Below are positions 16,071 through 24,227 of a stretch of 35,975 bases of DNA, one piece after another. Each line of letters starts with the position of its first letter. Position 1 is the stretch's first letter. Below the pieces are notes generated by a model. The model was not told the DNA's origin and searched no databases. It was given only the letters and a program-made list of their open reading frames with translations. Made by a program: the position numbers and the translations under genes. The DNA comes from Chthoniobacterales bacterium (lineage in GTDB: Bacteria; Verrucomicrobiota; Verrucomicrobiia; Chthoniobacterales; JACTMZ01): the NCBI GenBank assembly GCA_017853515.1, contig JAFMJK010000002.1:1-35975 (forward strand), given 5' to 3'.

Positions 16071-16171
16071 GGATCGGGCGAACTGGAAATCTAGGGAAAA
16101 AGACCGCCCCCCCTCCAGAGGAAAGAGTCCCTCTTGAGCGGAAGCGGAACCCGGTCTAGGCTGCCCGACCC

Positions 16172-16903
16172 ATGGGCAGACAGTGGTTATTGGCCAAACG
16201 CGAGGTCGCTTCGCTCCGCAAATCGCAGGCGACGGGTAAATTCATCCGCGAAATCACCATCGCGGCGCGCCACGGCGGGGCGGACCCGGCCACCAACTCG
16301 CGGCTGGCCGCGGCGCTGGAAAAAGCGCGCAAGGAAAGCGTGCCGAAGGACGCCATCGAACGGGCCATCGCCAAAGGCGCGGGTACGGGCGGCGACAAAA
16401 CATCGCTCGAGCACATCACTTTCGAAGGCTACGCGCCGCACAAGGTGCCGGTCATTGTCGAAACGTTCACCGACAACACCAACCGCACCACACCGGAGAT
16501 CCGCGTGCTCTTCAAAAAAGGCCAACTCGGCGCTTCAGGAAGCAACAAGTTCCTTTTCGACAATGTCGGCTTGGTCGAAGCGCACACCGCGAAGTCCGGC
16601 ACGGACCTCGAGGAAGCCGCCATCGAAGCGGGCGCGAACGAAGTCGAACCCCTCACCCACGAGCAGAACGACGACATCCCGAAAGAGGCGAGCGGCGCGC
16701 GGTTCATCACCGACCGCGCCAACACGCACGGAGTGTCGAAGTGGCTTTCGGAAAACGGATGGACCGTCGTGACGAGCGAGCTCGGCTTCGTGCCGAAGCA
16801 ATGTCCGGATCTCAGCGAGGAACAACGGGCGGAAGTCGGCGCATTCCTTCAGGCGCTCGACGATCACGACGACGTGCACCGCGTCTGGGCTGCGGTGAAG
16901 TAG
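16172..16903 (+). CDS. yebC: YebC/PmpR family DNA-binding regulator / translation-associated protein
   Basis: MGRQWLLAKREVASLRKSQATGKFIREITIAARHGGADPATNSRLAAALEKARKESVPKDAIERAI is the canonical YebC/TACO1 N-terminus. Length is 243 aa. Confidence 0.9.
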   Translation: MGRQWLLAKREVASLRKSQATGKFIREITIAARHGGADPATNSRLAAALEKARKESVPKDAIERAIAKGAGTGGDKTSLEHITFEGYAPHKVPVIVETFTDNTNRTTPEIRVLFKKGQLGASGSNKFLFDNVGLVEAHTAKSGTDLEEAAIEAGANEVEPLTHEQNDDIPKEASGARFITDRANTHGVSKWLSENGWTVVTSELGFVPKQCPDLSEEQRAEVGAFLQALDDHDDVHRVWAAVK

Positions 16904-16932
16904 TCGCCCGAAATGTTCCCCTAAAAATCGTC

Positions 16933-16993
16933 GCGGCGGTCTGTGACCGCCGGAACAGGATGGGAAAAGGCACCGGCGGTCACAGACCGCCGC
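16933..16993. terminator. 21-bp perfect inverted repeat (two self-complementary hairpins) between convergent genes
   Basis: GCGGCGGTCTGTGACCGCCGG (16933-16953) and CCGGCGGTCACAGACCGCCGC (16973-16993). Each arm is itself CGGCGGTC-nnn-GACCGCCG. T-tracts flank the element on the minus-strand reading, so it best fits a terminator for the 17025-17591 gene. Confidence 0.5.
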
Positions 16994-17024
16994 TACAAAA
17001 ACGCGAACAATCCGGAGGTGATGA

Positions 17025-17591
17025 TCACCACCGTCCACCGGCCGGCGCGAGACCGCGGGGAGTGCCGAGAATTTCGGCGAGGACGATCGCGTGGCGTTTG
17101 GAGGTGCGGTCGGAAAGCATGGCGCGCACGGACGAAGGCAGGGGTTTTGCCGTCGCGGTCGCTTTTTCTTTCGCGGCGAAAGCGGAGGCGAGCCGCGCCA
17201 TTTTCTCGTCCGGTCGCCGGATCGACGGCGGTTGCCAGCGCGGTTTCTCCGCGACGGGCGCCGACCTCGGGATCGGCGGAGGCGCCTCCTCGAGCGAGGC
17301 GAATTCCTCCTCTGCTTCGGGCGCGGAACGTTGCGCGACGGGCGGAGGAAGAATCGTTTCGGCGGGAAGACCGAGCGCTTCCATCAACTCCTTGAGCGGA
17401 TCTTGGGCGGGAGCGGATGCGCGGCGCGCGGCGGCCGGGCGCTGCGTTTTTTGCGTGTAGATGTTGCGCCCGGTCTCGCGCTTGGCCCCGCGCTCCAGTT
17501 TGGCCTGTTCGCGCTTTTCGGCGGCTCTTTGCATCACCCAGTTGATCAAGCTGATCAACCCGATGACGACGAGGAGGACTAATTGCTCCAT
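17025..17591 (-). CDS. Hypothetical single-pass membrane protein with a long Pro/Ala-rich disordered region
   Basis: 188-aa ORF starting 15 nt after the floA stop. N-terminal TM MEQLVLLVVIGLISLINWV. The middle is low-complexity. The C-terminal block is RHAIVLAEILGTPRGL. I recognise no family. Confidence 0.5.
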   Translation of the reverse strand: MEQLVLLVVIGLISLINWVMQRAAEKREQAKLERGAKRETGRNIYTQKTQRPAAARRASAPAQDPLKELMEALGLPAETILPPPVAQRSAPEAEEEFASLEEAPPPIPRSAPVAEKPRWQPPSIRRPDEKMARLASAFAAKEKATATAKPLPSSVRAMLSDRTSKRHAIVLAEILGTPRGLAPAGGRW

Positions 17592-17606
17592 GGACCGCGG
17601 AAAAAA

Positions 17607-18626
17607 TTACCGTGCTTCCGCGCTGCCGCGCTCGGAGCCGGCGATGGATTCGCGCATCTGCGAGTCGGCCTGGATATTTTTCATCTTCATGTAGTCCATG
17701 ATGCCGAGGTTGCCGTTGCGGAAGGCCTCGGCCATGGCCATGGGCACCTGCGATTCGGCGTCGACCACTTTGGCCCGCATTTCCTGCGTCTTGGCGCGCA
17801 TCTCGCCCTCAAGAGCCACCGCGGCGGCGCGGCGAACTTCGGCTTTGGCTTGCGCGACGACTTTGTCCGCCTCGGCCTGCTCGGCCTGCAACTTTGCGCC
17901 GACGTTTTCCCCCACGTCGACATCGGCGATATCGACCGAAAGGATTTCGAAGGCCGTGCCGCTATCGAGACCCTTCTGCAGGACAACTTTGGAAATATTG
18001 TCCGGGTTTTCGAGGACGTCCTTGTAGGACGCGGACGAACCGATGGACGTGACGATACCCTCGCCCACGCGGGCGATGATCGTTTCCTCGGTCGCGCCGC
18101 CGACGAATCGATCGAGGTTGGAACGCACAGTGACGCGGGCTTTCACTTTCACGCCGATGCCGTCGCGGGCCACGGCATCGATGGTCGAGCGCCCCGAGGA
18201 CGAGTCGGGACAGTCGATCACTTTGGGGTTGATGCTGGTGCGCACCGCTTCCAAGACGGTTTTGGTCGTGCCTTTGATGGCCAGATCGATGGCGCAGGCA
18301 CGGTTGAAGTCGAGTTTGATCCCGGCTTTGTCCGCCGCAATGAGGGCGAGGACAACGTGATCGACGTTGCCGCCGGCGAGGTAGTGGGCTTCGAGTTCGT
18401 CCGTGTCCAGCGGGATACCGGCTTTCACCGCGGTGATGCGGCTGTCGACGATCATGCCGACCGGCACGCGCCGCAGGCGCATGCCGACGAGGCGGGCGAA
18501 AGAAACCGGCGCATCGGCGATTTTGGCGCGCAGCCAGATTCCGAAGAAATTGAAGAGAACAACGAGGATGACGAGGCCGACGACAAAGGCCAACCCGATG
18601 GCTGCGGTGACAATGATGGAACTCAT
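17607..18626 (-). CDS. floA: Flotillin-like protein FloA (YqfA/UPF0365 family)
   Basis: N-terminal TM followed by [46 protein letters not shown] and AIDLAIKG.... These are typical of FloA. It lies directly downstream of an NfeD gene. Confidence 0.85.
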   Translation of the reverse strand: MSSIIVTAAIGLAFVVGLVILVVLFNFFGIWLRAKIADAPVSFARLVGMRLRRVPVGMIVDSRITAVKAGIPLDTDELEAHYLAGGNVDHVVLALIAADKAGIKLDFNRACAIDLAIKGTTKTVLEAVRTSINPKVIDCPDSSSGRSTIDAVARDGIGVKVKARVTVRSNLDRFVGGATEETIIARVGEGIVTSIGSSASYKDVLENPDNISKVVLQKGLDSGTAFEILSVDIADVDVGENVGAKLQAEQAEADKVVAQAKAEVRRAAAVALEGEMRAKTQEMRAKVVDAESQVPMAMAEAFRNGNLGIMDYMKMKNIQADSQMRESIAGSERGSAEAR

Positions 18627-18635
18627 GCCCGGAGA

Positions 18636-19133
18636 CTACGCGGACGATGCCGCGGGCTCCAACCTGTCTTTTCGCCGCACCGCCACGCGCATTCCGTCGG
18701 CCGCCACCACGACCAGCTGGGCCCCCTCCTCCAAAAAATCCCCAACTGCCGTGACATCAACGCGTTTGCCCGCGATGCGGGCGGTGCCCGACGGACGCAA
18801 GGCGGTCACGGCGACACCGGTCTCGCCGACAAGTCCCTCTCCGCGCGGGGGCGCCGAAACTTGCCGCCGGCTCAGCACGATGCGCCGGCCGATGAAAGTT
18901 TTGGGAAAAATGTTCAGCCAAACAATCAGCCCGCCGATGCTCAGGGTCCCGACGACAAGGGCGGCGATCGAGCCGGCCATGGTGCCGTAATGGTAAAAAA
19001 CCAAACCGACCGACGCGGCCAGGCAAAGGAAACCGAACGTGCCCGCGATCAGGCCCGGAACAAAAACTTCCGCCGCGATGAGAAGAAAGCCCGCGACGAA
19101 AAGGACGATGATGAGGGCCGGGCCGTCGAACAT
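18636..19133 (-). CDS. nfeD: NfeD family membrane protein
   Basis: Three or four TM helices, then a C-terminal OB-fold-like block GETGVAVTALRPSGTARIAGKRVDVTAVGDFLEEGAQLVVV. Its position immediately upstream of floA is typical. Confidence 0.8.
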   Translation of the reverse strand: MFDGPALIIVLFVAGFLLIAAEVFVPGLIAGTFGFLCLAASVGLVFYHYGTMAGSIAALVVGTLSIGGLIVWLNIFPKTFIGRRIVLSRRQVSAPPRGEGLVGETGVAVTALRPSGTARIAGKRVDVTAVGDFLEEGAQLVVVAADGMRVAVRRKDRLEPAASSA

Positions 19134-19136
19134 GGA

Positions 19137-19871
19137 TCAATCCCGCTTGACCGGCGCATTGGTCGGCTTGCCCACGAAGAACGTCTCCACGCTGCGGCCC
19201 ACGTTCCCGGCCGTGTTCGTCGTCGCGTCCCAAGTGCGCTCGCTCCATCGTGTCATATGCCCGACCAACCCGCCGCCCTCGGTCCATCGTTCGCCGATCG
19301 GACGGTCGTCCGCGGACGCCGCGGCGGTCGGCGCCGGACCGGAGCCCTTGGCCAGCGGAGAAATCACCGCGCTCGTTTGGGCCGAAAGAGCCAGAGAACC
19401 GACTTCGCGGCGTCCGGTATCGAGCAAGCGCAGAGTCCACACCGGCGCTCCGTTTGCCGAATGCAAACGGTAGCTTACCGAGTCGAAGCCCAACTTGGCC
19501 TGCGTCGCCAACTTGTTGGCCTCGGCGAAGGCGCCCTTCGAATCGAGCTTGAGCTGGGCATGCGGAATGGTCGGCGCGACGAGCAGTGCATCGTCCGCGC
19601 GAAGCGGCGTGCGCTCGGAAGCGATGCCTTTGGCCGTGACCACGAACTCGCGCATGCCACCGCGCGCCGCGGCATCGCGGAAGAGCGCGGTCCACACTTC
19701 GGGTTGCGGCGCACCCTCGACCGCGCGCATCTCGACCAAGTTGTCGAGGTACGCGTTGCCCTTTTGCCGTCCCACGGAAATGAGGGCTTCGTAGGCACCA
19801 ACCGGAGCGGCCTGAAGAACGCCGGGCGCGGCGACCGCCAAAATGAGCAGAGATCGGGGCAGAATTCGCAT
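19137..19871 (-). CDS. Hypothetical secreted protein
   Basis: Signal peptide MRILPRSLLILAVAAPGVLQA. There are two internally similar segments (...PEVWTALFRD...REFVV... and ...APVWTLRLLD...REVGS...). Its stop is 3 nt before the nfeD start. I recognise no confident family; a PepSY-like fold is only a guess. Confidence 0.55.
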   Translation of the reverse strand: MRILPRSLLILAVAAPGVLQAAPVGAYEALISVGRQKGNAYLDNLVEMRAVEGAPQPEVWTALFRDAAARGGMREFVVTAKGIASERTPLRADDALLVAPTIPHAQLKLDSKGAFAEANKLATQAKLGFDSVSYRLHSANGAPVWTLRLLDTGRREVGSLALSAQTSAVISPLAKGSGPAPTAAASADDRPIGERWTEGGGLVGHMTRWSERTWDATTNTAGNVGRSVETFFVGKPTNAPVKRD

Positions 19872-19916
19872 GCGCTATTTAAGACCGGGTCGCGATTTGA
19901 TTTCCAGCACGGAGGA

Positions 19917-20906
19917 TCAGGCGGCCGCGAGCAAGCGGCCCTTGTCCCGCGCGGCGAGAAAAGCAATCTCCCAAGCATTGCGGAGAGCCCGGCAGACTTC
20001 ATCCTCGCCCAGTCCCGCCGCCGGCGCAGCCACATCCAATTCATAGGCAAGATCGATCCCGCTGATCCCCGGATCGTCCGTGTTGATCGTGGCAAGGAGG
20101 CCGGCCTCGAGAAATTTTTTCAGGGGGTGGCTGGCGTAGTCGGGCACCGTGCTGGTCTGCACATTGCTGGTCAGGTTGGCCTCGATGCCGATGCGGCGTT
20201 CGCGCAGCAAATCCATGACCGCATCGTCTTCGGTCGCGCGCACGGCGTGACCGATGCGCGTGGCGCCGAGTTTTTCGATCGCCGTGACGATGCTCTGCGC
20301 CCCGGCCGCCTCGCCGGCGTGCACGGTCACGGCCCATCCGGCATCGCGGCCCTCGTTGAAATGCTCGATGAACAATTCGGCCGGCCAGTTGCCCTCGTCA
20401 CCCGCCAGGTCGAGCGCGGCGATTTCGTTTTTGTGGTCGAGCAGCGCACGCAATTCACGCCGCGCGCGCACCGGACCGTAGGTGCGGGTGAGGATGCCGA
20501 TGAGGTTGGCCTTCACCCCCGTGGCCGCTTCGCCTTCCCGGACGCCTTCGATCACCGCGGCCGTGACGCGCGAAGGGTCAAGGTTGTGCGCGTCGGCCAT
20601 GAAGGCCGGACTGAACCGCAATTCGATGTAACGGATTCCCTCCCGCTTCGCGTCTTCCACATTTTCCCTTGCGATGCGCCGGCAAGCGTCGTAGTCGGCG
20701 AGCACCGCGGTCATCCATTTGAACTTGGCGAGGAACTCGATGAGCCCCGGTTGCGGTGTGGTCACCACGACGTGCGGCCGCAAACCCCCGAGCGTGTCCG
20801 CGGGAAGCGGGATACCGTGCTTCTTGCCCAGATCCAGGATGGTCTCCAGCCGCACGCTGCCATCCAAATGGCGGTGGAGATCAATCAGCGGCGGTCGGAC
20901 GGACAT
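19917..20906 (-). CDS. add: Adenosine deaminase
   Basis: LIDLHRHLDGSVRLETILDL (HxHxDG metal site), VTVHAGE, and NTDDPGISGIDL. Confidence 0.9.
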   Translation of the reverse strand: MSVRPPLIDLHRHLDGSVRLETILDLGKKHGIPLPADTLGGLRPHVVVTTPQPGLIEFLAKFKWMTAVLADYDACRRIARENVEDAKREGIRYIELRFSPAFMADAHNLDPSRVTAAVIEGVREGEAATGVKANLIGILTRTYGPVRARRELRALLDHKNEIAALDLAGDEGNWPAELFIEHFNEGRDAGWAVTVHAGEAAGAQSIVTAIEKLGATRIGHAVRATEDDAVMDLLRERRIGIEANLTSNVQTSTVPDYASHPLKKFLEAGLLATINTDDPGISGIDLAYELDVAAPAAGLGEDEVCRALRNAWEIAFLAARDKGRLLAAA

Positions 20907-20954
20907 ATGAATCCAAGAATTCGTCCTGCGCGCGAAGGCGACAAGCGGATTTGT

Positions 20955-21821
20955 TCAGCGGACGATTCGGTCCAACGCAGCCGTGATGTCCTTGAACTCG
21001 TAGCGGTATCCGCTGTTTTCCGCCACGGCGGGACGGACACGCAAACTGGAGAGGAGCATCGACGCCATGCGGCCGAGGACGAGGCGGAGCACGAAAGACG
21101 GCACGGGGAAGATGGCGGGGCGATGGACGGCACGGGCCAGGGTGCGGGTGAAATCGGCGTTGGTCACGGGGTGCGGCAGGACGGAATTGACCGGGCCGCG
21201 GAGGGATTCGTTTTCGACCGCCCAAAGGGCCATGCCGGCGACATCGTCGACATGGACACAGGACATCCATTGCTTTCCGCTGCCGAGGCGTCCGCCGAGT
21301 CCGGCGCGGAAGACGGGCAGAACCAGCTTCATGGCGCCGTCGCCGCGCCCGAGAACGAACCCGATACGCAGAAGGACAACGCGCGCATCGCGCACTTTTT
21401 CCGCTTCCGTTTCCCATGCGCGGCAGACCTCGGCGAGGAAACCCGCGCCCGGCGGCGAACTCTCGTCAACTTCGCGGTCGCCGGTGTCGCCGTAATAGCC
21501 GATGGCGGATCCGCTGACCAGCACGCGCGGCGGGTGCTTGGCGCGGGCGAAGCCGTCCACGATGGAACGCGTGCCGAGCACGCGGCTGTCCATGATGCGT
21601 GCGCGTTTTTTCGCGGTCCAGAGACCGAGCACCGATTCCCCCGCGAGATGGAGGACGGCATCGAGACCGTCGACGTCGGCGGGTTCGCCGGGGACAAACT
21701 TGCGCGTGGCGGCGTCGCGCGGGGTCCGGCTGAAGGGTACGATCTCCCATCCGCGCGCCCGCGCCATTTCCGCGGCGCGTCGGCCGATGAATCCCGAGGC
21801 ACCGGTGATCCCGAGGCGCAT
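20955..21821 (-). CDS. TIGR01777 (YfcH/SDR39U1-like) epimerase-family protein with DUF1731 C-terminus
   Basis: This is the last 288 codons of the 782-aa tracked ORF. MRLGITGASGFIGRR is the Rossmann motif. The C-terminal block is RPAIFPVPSFVLRLVLGRMASMLLSSLRVRPAVAENSGYRYEF. The start ATG (21819-21821) overlaps the upstream stop (21821-23) as TGATG. Confidence 0.85.
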   Translation of the reverse strand: MRLGITGASGFIGRRAAEMARARGWEIVPFSRTPRDAATRKFVPGEPADVDGLDAVLHLAGESVLGLWTAKKRARIMDSRVLGTRSIVDGFARAKHPPRVLVSGSAIGYYGDTGDREVDESSPPGAGFLAEVCRAWETEAEKVRDARVVLLRIGFVLGRGDGAMKLVLPVFRAGLGGRLGSGKQWMSCVHVDDVAGMALWAVENESLRGPVNSVLPHPVTNADFTRTLARAVHRPAIFPVPSFVLRLVLGRMASMLLSSLRVRPAVAENSGYRYEFKDITAALDRIVR

Positions 21822-22921
21822 CAGTCGAATTTCCGGTGCAGCCAGCGGTAGGGAAAACGGTTGCCGGGGCAGTCGGTTGGCTTGGGGTTGATTTCGCGGT
21901 GGGCTTTGACGATGGAAACGCGTCCTTTGCTCTTGCCGACCCGGCCGCGCAGATAGCGGATCAATTCGTCGAGAGCCGCGAGTTGCGCCTCGGTCGGGCT
22001 GTCGCGGTTGTAGTCGCCGACGAAGCAGATGCCGATCGAGATGTTGTTGAGGTAATCGCTGGCCACGTGGCCGCCGTTGATCTGGCGCGTCCAGCGCGAA
22101 CCGATCTCGATCTCGCCGTTGCCGGAGGACGTTCCGTTTCCTATGACAAAGTGGTAAGCGAGCCCGTTCTGCATGCGCCGGACTTTGCGATGATAGTTTT
22201 CGAAGACGCGCGCGTTGCCCTGGCGGGTGCCGCTGTTGTGCACGATGATGTATTGCCAGCGGCCGCGTTTGACCGGGGCGCGGTCGATGGCCGCGCGCAC
22301 GCTGCGCGTAAGGTAGCGGTAACGCGGTCCGCCGAGACCGAAGAGTCCGCGCCGCTCGGGTTTCGGCGTGGGCATGAGGCCCTGTTCTTCTTCCAAACCG
22401 GACTTCTCGATGGTGATCGGAGCCGCCGGTATGTCCTGCGGCGTGACCGAGGGTTCGGGTGTTGGCCGCGGGGTTTTCTCCGTGACGGAAGATGGTGTCC
22501 GCTCCTGTTCGCGCGGCACGGGAAAGGGATCCTCGCGCTCGCGCGGCGGCGGGAGTTTTTCCACCGGTTCCTCTTCGCGTTCCGGCGGCGCGGAACGCGG
22601 GCTTTCGGGCGGCTCCGGGCGGCGCGGAAGCTCGGGTTCCGGGGGGCGCGGCGTGGACTTCGGTTTCGGCGGCGGTTCGGGTTCGCGCTCGGGAGCAGGA
22701 CGCGGCGTCTGCACCGGGCGGGGCTTGGGCTTCGGCTTGGCCGGCGCGGGAGGCGGCGTGGAGGCGGGGACCGGCACGATGGATTCGCGCGCGCGGAGGA
22801 AAAGTTCGCGCTTCCGCTGTTCGTCGGCCGAGAGCTGGGCGCGCACGGATCCGGCGGCGAGCGCGGCGAGAAGAACAAGCAGCGGGGCGAGACGGAGGGC
22901 GGAAGTGCGCGCGGAAGGCAC
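21821..22921 (-). CDS. Secreted N-acetylmuramoyl-L-alanine amidase (Amidase_2 / PGRP-AmpD fold) with a long Pro-rich linker
   Basis: Signal peptide MPSARTSALRLAPLLVLLAALAAGSVRA, followed by a ~150-aa P/E/K/R-rich region. The C-terminal Amidase_2 blocks are IIVHNSGT, AYHFVIGNG, IGICFVGDY and AHREINPKPTDCPG. Confidence 0.8.
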   Translation of the reverse strand: MPSARTSALRLAPLLVLLAALAAGSVRAQLSADEQRKRELFLRARESIVPVPASTPPPAPAKPKPKPRPVQTPRPAPEREPEPPPKPKSTPRPPEPELPRRPEPPESPRSAPPEREEEPVEKLPPPREREDPFPVPREQERTPSSVTEKTPRPTPEPSVTPQDIPAAPITIEKSGLEEEQGLMPTPKPERRGLFGLGGPRYRYLTRSVRAAIDRAPVKRGRWQYIIVHNSGTRQGNARVFENYHRKVRRMQNGLAYHFVIGNGTSSGNGEIEIGSRWTRQINGGHVASDYLNNISIGICFVGDYNRDSPTEAQLAALDELIRYLRGRVGKSKGRVSIVKAHREINPKPTDCPGNRFPYRWLHRKFD

Positions 22922-22953
22922 GGGACGAAACTATGTTCCCGCGCGCCGGAAGT

Positions 22954-23709
22954 TCAATCCGATTGCGGCCGCCCGTAGCGGACGCGGACAAGGTAGAGTC
23001 CGTCAGGCGGAGCGACCTCGCGGCGCGATACCGAGGCTTTCCCGGCCAAACGCGCTTGCAGATCCGCCACGGATGCCTTGCCTTGGGCCACGCGGACCAT
23101 GGCGGCGACAAGCATGCGGACCATCTTGTAAAGGAACCCGTCGCCCTCGAAACGCAGACGGACAAGCGGGCCTTCGGACGAGACCGTGGCGCGGCGCAGA
23201 TGGCGGCGCGTGTCGTCGACCGGCGTTCCGCGGTTGGCCGAAAATCCCCGGAAATCGTGGCGGCCGGTGAAAATTTTGGCCGCACGGCGCAATGCGGCAA
23301 CATCGACGCCCCGCACGTGCCAACAACGCCCCGCCCAATGCGGAGGAAGAATCGGAGCAGTCCAAAGAAGATACTCGTAAGTTTTTCCGGTGGCCGAGTA
23401 ACGCGCGTGGAAGCTTTTGTCGGCCCGCGCGCAATTCAAGATGCGGATCTGCGGCCGCAGCACGCTGTTCAGCGCCTGCACCCAGAAGCGCGGTTCTCCC
23501 CTCTCCTCCGGCACATCGGCGTGCGCGACCTGCCCGAGGGCGTGGACACCGGCATCGGTCCGGCCGGAGCCCTGCACGGAAACTTTTTTCCCGCCGGCCA
23601 GACGGGTCATCGCTTCCTGCAGAATATCCTGCACGGCACCACCGCCGGTTTGGCTCTGCCAGCCGCGGAAACCGGCGCCGTCGTAAGCCAGCGTGAGCTT
23701 CAGGCGCAT
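22954..23709 (-). CDS. truA: tRNA pseudouridine(38-40) synthase
   Basis: MRLKLTLAYDGAGFRGWQSQ, and GSGRTDAGVHALGQVAH containing the catalytic Asp. Confidence 0.9.
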   Translation of the reverse strand: MRLKLTLAYDGAGFRGWQSQTGGGAVQDILQEAMTRLAGGKKVSVQGSGRTDAGVHALGQVAHADVPEERGEPRFWVQALNSVLRPQIRILNCARADKSFHARYSATGKTYEYLLWTAPILPPHWAGRCWHVRGVDVAALRRAAKIFTGRHDFRGFSANRGTPVDDTRRHLRRATVSSEGPLVRLRFEGDGFLYKMVRMLVAAMVRVAQGKASVADLQARLAGKASVSRREVAPPDGLYLVRVRYGRPQSD

Positions 23710-24113
23710 GCCGAACGGTCGAGCCAGCTCTGCAAAAGAAATTGCGCGGCCACCTGGTCGACCACACCGCGCTGGTCACGCGCTTTGCGGCCGCTCTCGC
23801 GCAGCGCGCGCTGCGCGGAGACAGTCGTCAGCCTCTCGTCCCAAAGATCGACCGGGCACTGCACGCGCGATTTGAGTTGTTCCGCGAAGGCGCGCGCGCC
23901 CTCGGCGGCCGGACCGTAGGTGCCGTCCATGTTGCGCGGGAGACCGACAAGGACGCGCACCGGTTTCACTTCGCCGACCGCGGACACGACCGCCTCGAGC
24001 GCGGCGTCGCCGCCCGGAAGCGTTTTCCACGGTTGCGCGAGCATGCCGAGTTCGTCGCTCACCGCCACGCCGGTGCGCACGGTGCCGAGATCGACGGCCA
24101 TGATGCGGCTCAT
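23700..24113 (-). CDS. ruvX: Holliday-junction resolvase-like nuclease RuvX (YqgF)
   Basis: The start at MSRIMAVDLGTVRTGVAVSD (24113) is preferred over the upstream extension. VGLPRNMDGTYGP and VDLWDERLTTV are present. Its 3' end overlaps the truA start by 10 nt. Confidence 0.85.
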   Translation of the reverse strand: MSRIMAVDLGTVRTGVAVSDELGMLAQPWKTLPGGDAALEAVVSAVGEVKPVRVLVGLPRNMDGTYGPAAEGARAFAEQLKSRVQCPVDLWDERLTTVSAQRALRESGRKARDQRGVVDQVAAQFLLQSWLDRSACA

Positions 24114-24116
24114 GGG

Positions 24117-24227
24117 AGGAGATGAGGGTTGAGGGTTGAGAGTTGAGGGAAAGGCGAGCTGAGGACGGCGTGAAGATGCATGGTGTTTTGCTTTTCTCTC
24201 ATCTCCCAACCCTCAACCCTCAACTTC
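24117..24227. repeat. Imperfect ~33-bp inverted repeat built from GAGGGTT/AACCCTC heptamers, with a 45-nt spacer
   Basis: Left arm: GGAGATGAGGGTTGAGGGTTGAGAGTTGAGGGA (24118-24150). Right arm: TCTCTCATCTCCCAACCCTCAACCCTCAACTTC (24196-24228). The arms share a perfect 16-nt complementary core TGAGGGTTGAGGGTTG. The element fills the gap between the manC-type stop (24226) and the ruvX start (24113). Confidence 0.6.

Noticed and set aside
17583-21851. 1422-aa plus-strand ORF, the second-longest in the window
   Set aside because: It runs antisense across five well-supported minus-strand genes (floA, nfeD, the secreted protein, add, TIGR01777). Its translation is R/G/H/D-rich low complexity with no recognisable motif. 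It is a typical shadow ORF of GC-rich DNA, where stop codons are rare in antisense frames.
21822-23303. N-terminal extension of the 782-aa ORF (TIGR01777 protein). The same issue applies to 31234-32346 (hydrolase) and 30219-31142 (L9).
   Set aside because: The extensions overlap the Amidase_2/truA, purM and hydrolase genes respectively, in other frames. The conserved N-termini (MRLGITGASGFIG, MGMGLGAG..., MSQTEVIL) mark the real starts.
24124-24150. G-quadruplex or telomere-like interpretation of the GAGGGTT repeats
   Set aside because: Only three GGG runs occur on either strand within a reasonable span, so a canonical four-tract G4 cannot form. The inverted-repeat pairing explains the arrangement better.
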